Below, one piece after another: positions 61,785 to 64,000 of a stretch of DNA of 64,000 nt (positions within the stretch are counted from its first letter, which is position 1; every line of letters starts with the position of its first letter). This stretch comes from Centroscyllium fabricii (taxonomy: Eukaryota). Location of the stretch: positions 49,600,001 to 49,664,000 of the forward strand of contig JBNRSN020000007.1 in the NCBI GenBank assembly GCA_051313645.2, in the 5' to 3' direction. Made by a program: the position numbers and the translations under genes. The notes under the pieces are model-generated. The model did not search any database. It was not told the DNA's origin and was given only the letters and a program-made list of their open reading frames with translations.

Positions 61785-62190
61785 AAAATTGCCTTTCACA
61801 ACCTCAGGAGATCCCAAAGTGCTTCACAGCCAATTAAATACTTTTATAGTGCAGTGTAATGGAGGCAAACACGGCAGCTGATTTGCTACAGCAAGGTCCC
61901 ACAAATAGCATAGAGATAAATGACCAGATAATCAAGAGGGTTTGTTTAGGTAGTGCTGGGTGAAGGATACACGTTGGCCAGGATACTTGGAGAACTCCCC
62001 TGCTGTTCTTCAAATAATACCATGGGATATTTTACAGCCACTTGGGAGAGCAGACATTAGTTAAATACTTGCAAAAGACCACACCTCCAACCGAGTGACA
62101 GCTTAGATTATGTGCTCAAATCTTTGAGTGGGGCTTGAACCAATGATTTTATGACCTGATGCAAGAGCGCCATCGCTGAGCCAAGGTGCA
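61785..62190 (-). mobile_element. DeuSINE (SacSINE1/AmnSINE1-like)
   Basis: Deu-domain-like CAGCAAGGTCCCACAAATAGCA...TGACCAGATAATC...GAGAACTCCCCTGCT...CCATGGGAT; tRNA-like head near 62130-62185. Confidence 0.75.
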
Positions 62191-62494
62191 AACAAAATGA
62201 AAACCAACACTGAAATACTGAACATGCAAAAATACAAAACCTTAAGAGAATGAAAACCACAAGCCACATTTGAACCCTAATTCAATAAACCTACATACAA
62301 GGCTCCCAGGTGACTTCAAACTATGACTGGCGTATCAACCACAATAATAAAAAAACAGATGGAAGCGATAGGCCCATCTTCTTCCATGTCCTCATACCAT
62401 TAGTGTCATACTGAGCTGCTAGAACAACAACCCAACAATGCACAACTACTGTATGAGGCACATCGATGGGGTAGGTCTAAATTTCTTTAGTAAC

Positions 62495-63255
62495 TGTGGC
62501 AGATGGATTTCAACGCAGGCAAGTGTGAGGTCATCCATTTTGGACCAAATATAGGGTAGGTTGGAGTATTACTTAAATGGCACAAAGCTAGGAACAGTGG
62601 CAGTCCAAAGAGATTTAGGGTTCTACATACACAGATCACTAAAATGTAGCAGTCAGGTACAAAAAATAGAGGGCTAGAATATAACTGGTTTTGCTATACA
62701 AAGCACTGGTTAGACCACATCTGGCATACCGTGTACAGTTCTGGGCACCACACATTAGAAAAAGGATATAGTAGCCTCAGAAAGAATGTAGTGCAGATTC
62801 ACCAGTATGTTACCAGGGCTCTAAGGGTTAGATTACGAAAGATTACATAAACTAGATTTCCTGGAATATAGGTTAAGGGTTGATTTGATTATGGTTTTTA
62901 GGATTTTGAAAGGATAGGGTACATAGGGCAGATAGAGAGAAACCTTTTTCTGCTGGTGGGTAGTCAAGGACAAGGGGACACAACCTTAAAATCAGAGCCG
63001 GGTCATTCAGGAGAGAAGTTAGGAAACACTTCTTCCCGCAAAGAATGGTAAAAGTGTGGAACTTTCTCCCACAAAAAGCAGTAAATACTAGCTTAATTAA
63101 TATTAAAATCGATGGTCGATAGATTGCTAGCCATGGGTATAAAAGGATATGGAGCCATGACAGGTGGATGGAGTTAAGATAAAGATCAGCCATGATTTCA
63201 TTGAATGGTGGAACAAGCTTGAGGGGCTGAAAGGCCAACTCCTGGTGCTATGTTC
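62495..63255 (+). mobile_element. Degraded CR1 3' fragment
   Basis: WQMDFNAGKCEVIHFG and LVRPHL..VQFWAP remnants plus the CR1 3' UTR. Confidence 0.8.
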
Positions 63256-63494
63256 TTGCCCACACCCAAGTGTATAGGTTCTAATATTTTTACCCTAGTT
63301 TTTATAGCTCATTTTTTCTACTTTACACAATTAGAGAAAACACGATTTTCTTCTCAATTAAAACCAAACCAGCTTCACCACAATCCTGATAAGACAAAAT
63401 AATTTCAATAAATTTAACTCGTCAACTGCTCGGAGAAATCTTGCTCTGCCATTAGCAGTTTGGTCCGTTAACAAATGCAGAGCAATTTGCCTAC

Positions 63495-63611
63495 CTCCAC
63501 GTTTCTTGGACGTTTCCATTTTGTTCTTAGAATTTTTGCTTCTAAATTCAGGTCCTCGAAAATTATCTTTGTCTTCATTCCATACTGGTTCAGGTTGTAC
63601 AACTACTGTGC
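63495..63611 (-). CDS. ATRX: ATRX exon (exon 6 equivalent)
   Basis: 117 bp, phase 1-1; (G)TVVVQPEPVWNEDKDNFRGPEFRSKNSKNKMETSKKRG. Confidence 0.95.
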
Positions 63612-64000
63612 CTAAAAAAGGCGAGGGTGTTTTTTTTAAAATTATGTAATAATATGCATAACAAATCTTAATTGTTTACAAACTAATCTTGCGTTTCTTA
63701 AAAAAAAAAGAAGAAAAAATGTAAGTTTTCAGGAGACTGAAGGAGCTGGTGACTTACTCCTAGCCAGGTGTCAGTGCTGCACTGAACCAGCTACATACAG
63801 CAGGACAAGAATGCACATTGGACTATTCTTTTGATGCTCCGTGCCGAGAATAGTCTGCCCGTCAATTGTGTCACCATTAAAACCAGGACATTGGCACAAA
63901 GGGAAATTGCATGGCATTACTCCACAGCACAGATTAGTGCTTTTAATTCTACTCACTTTAAATAAATAAGCATACATCAAAAGAATATTTGGGTAAAAAT

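Noticed and set aside
63758-63854. Possible extra exon ending at a good donor (GGA|gtaagt)
   Set aside because: Weak acceptor with no pyrimidine tract, a stop in the required phase and no similarity to ATRX; at most a poison exon, which cannot be supported from sequence alone.

Overview
Eukaryotic genomic DNA, most likely from a cartilaginous fish (shark/ray), judged from V-domain HE1-like SINEs with CR1 tails, DeuSINEs and Penelope remnants. The whole window lies inside ATRX, on the minus strand. Thirteen coding exons (equivalent to human exons 6-18, numbered by homology from memory) have GT-AG boundaries and consistent phases. They run from just before the ADD domain, through the 2963-bp central exon and the DAXX-binding segment, to SNF2 motifs I/Ia. 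The gene continues beyond both window edges. Introns hold CR1, Rex1/Babar, RTEX-like and Penelope retroelements, SINEs and several MITE families, often nested. Most notable: (1) a seven-copy pogo/Tigger-like MITE family with shared NRF1/YY1-motif-rich arms but a different internal cargo in most copies, one cargo being a G-quadruplex-type VNTR; (2) a minimal hammerhead-ribozyme fold in the pre-mRNA sense and a 67-bp-arm hairpin, both Penelope-derived; (3) coding minisatellites in exon 9; (4) a candidate extra 48-nt in-frame exon; (5) an ATRXt-like stop plus intronic poly(A) signal after exon 10. No CRISPR, rRNA or standalone tRNA genes were seen. All family assignments are by eye, without database searches.
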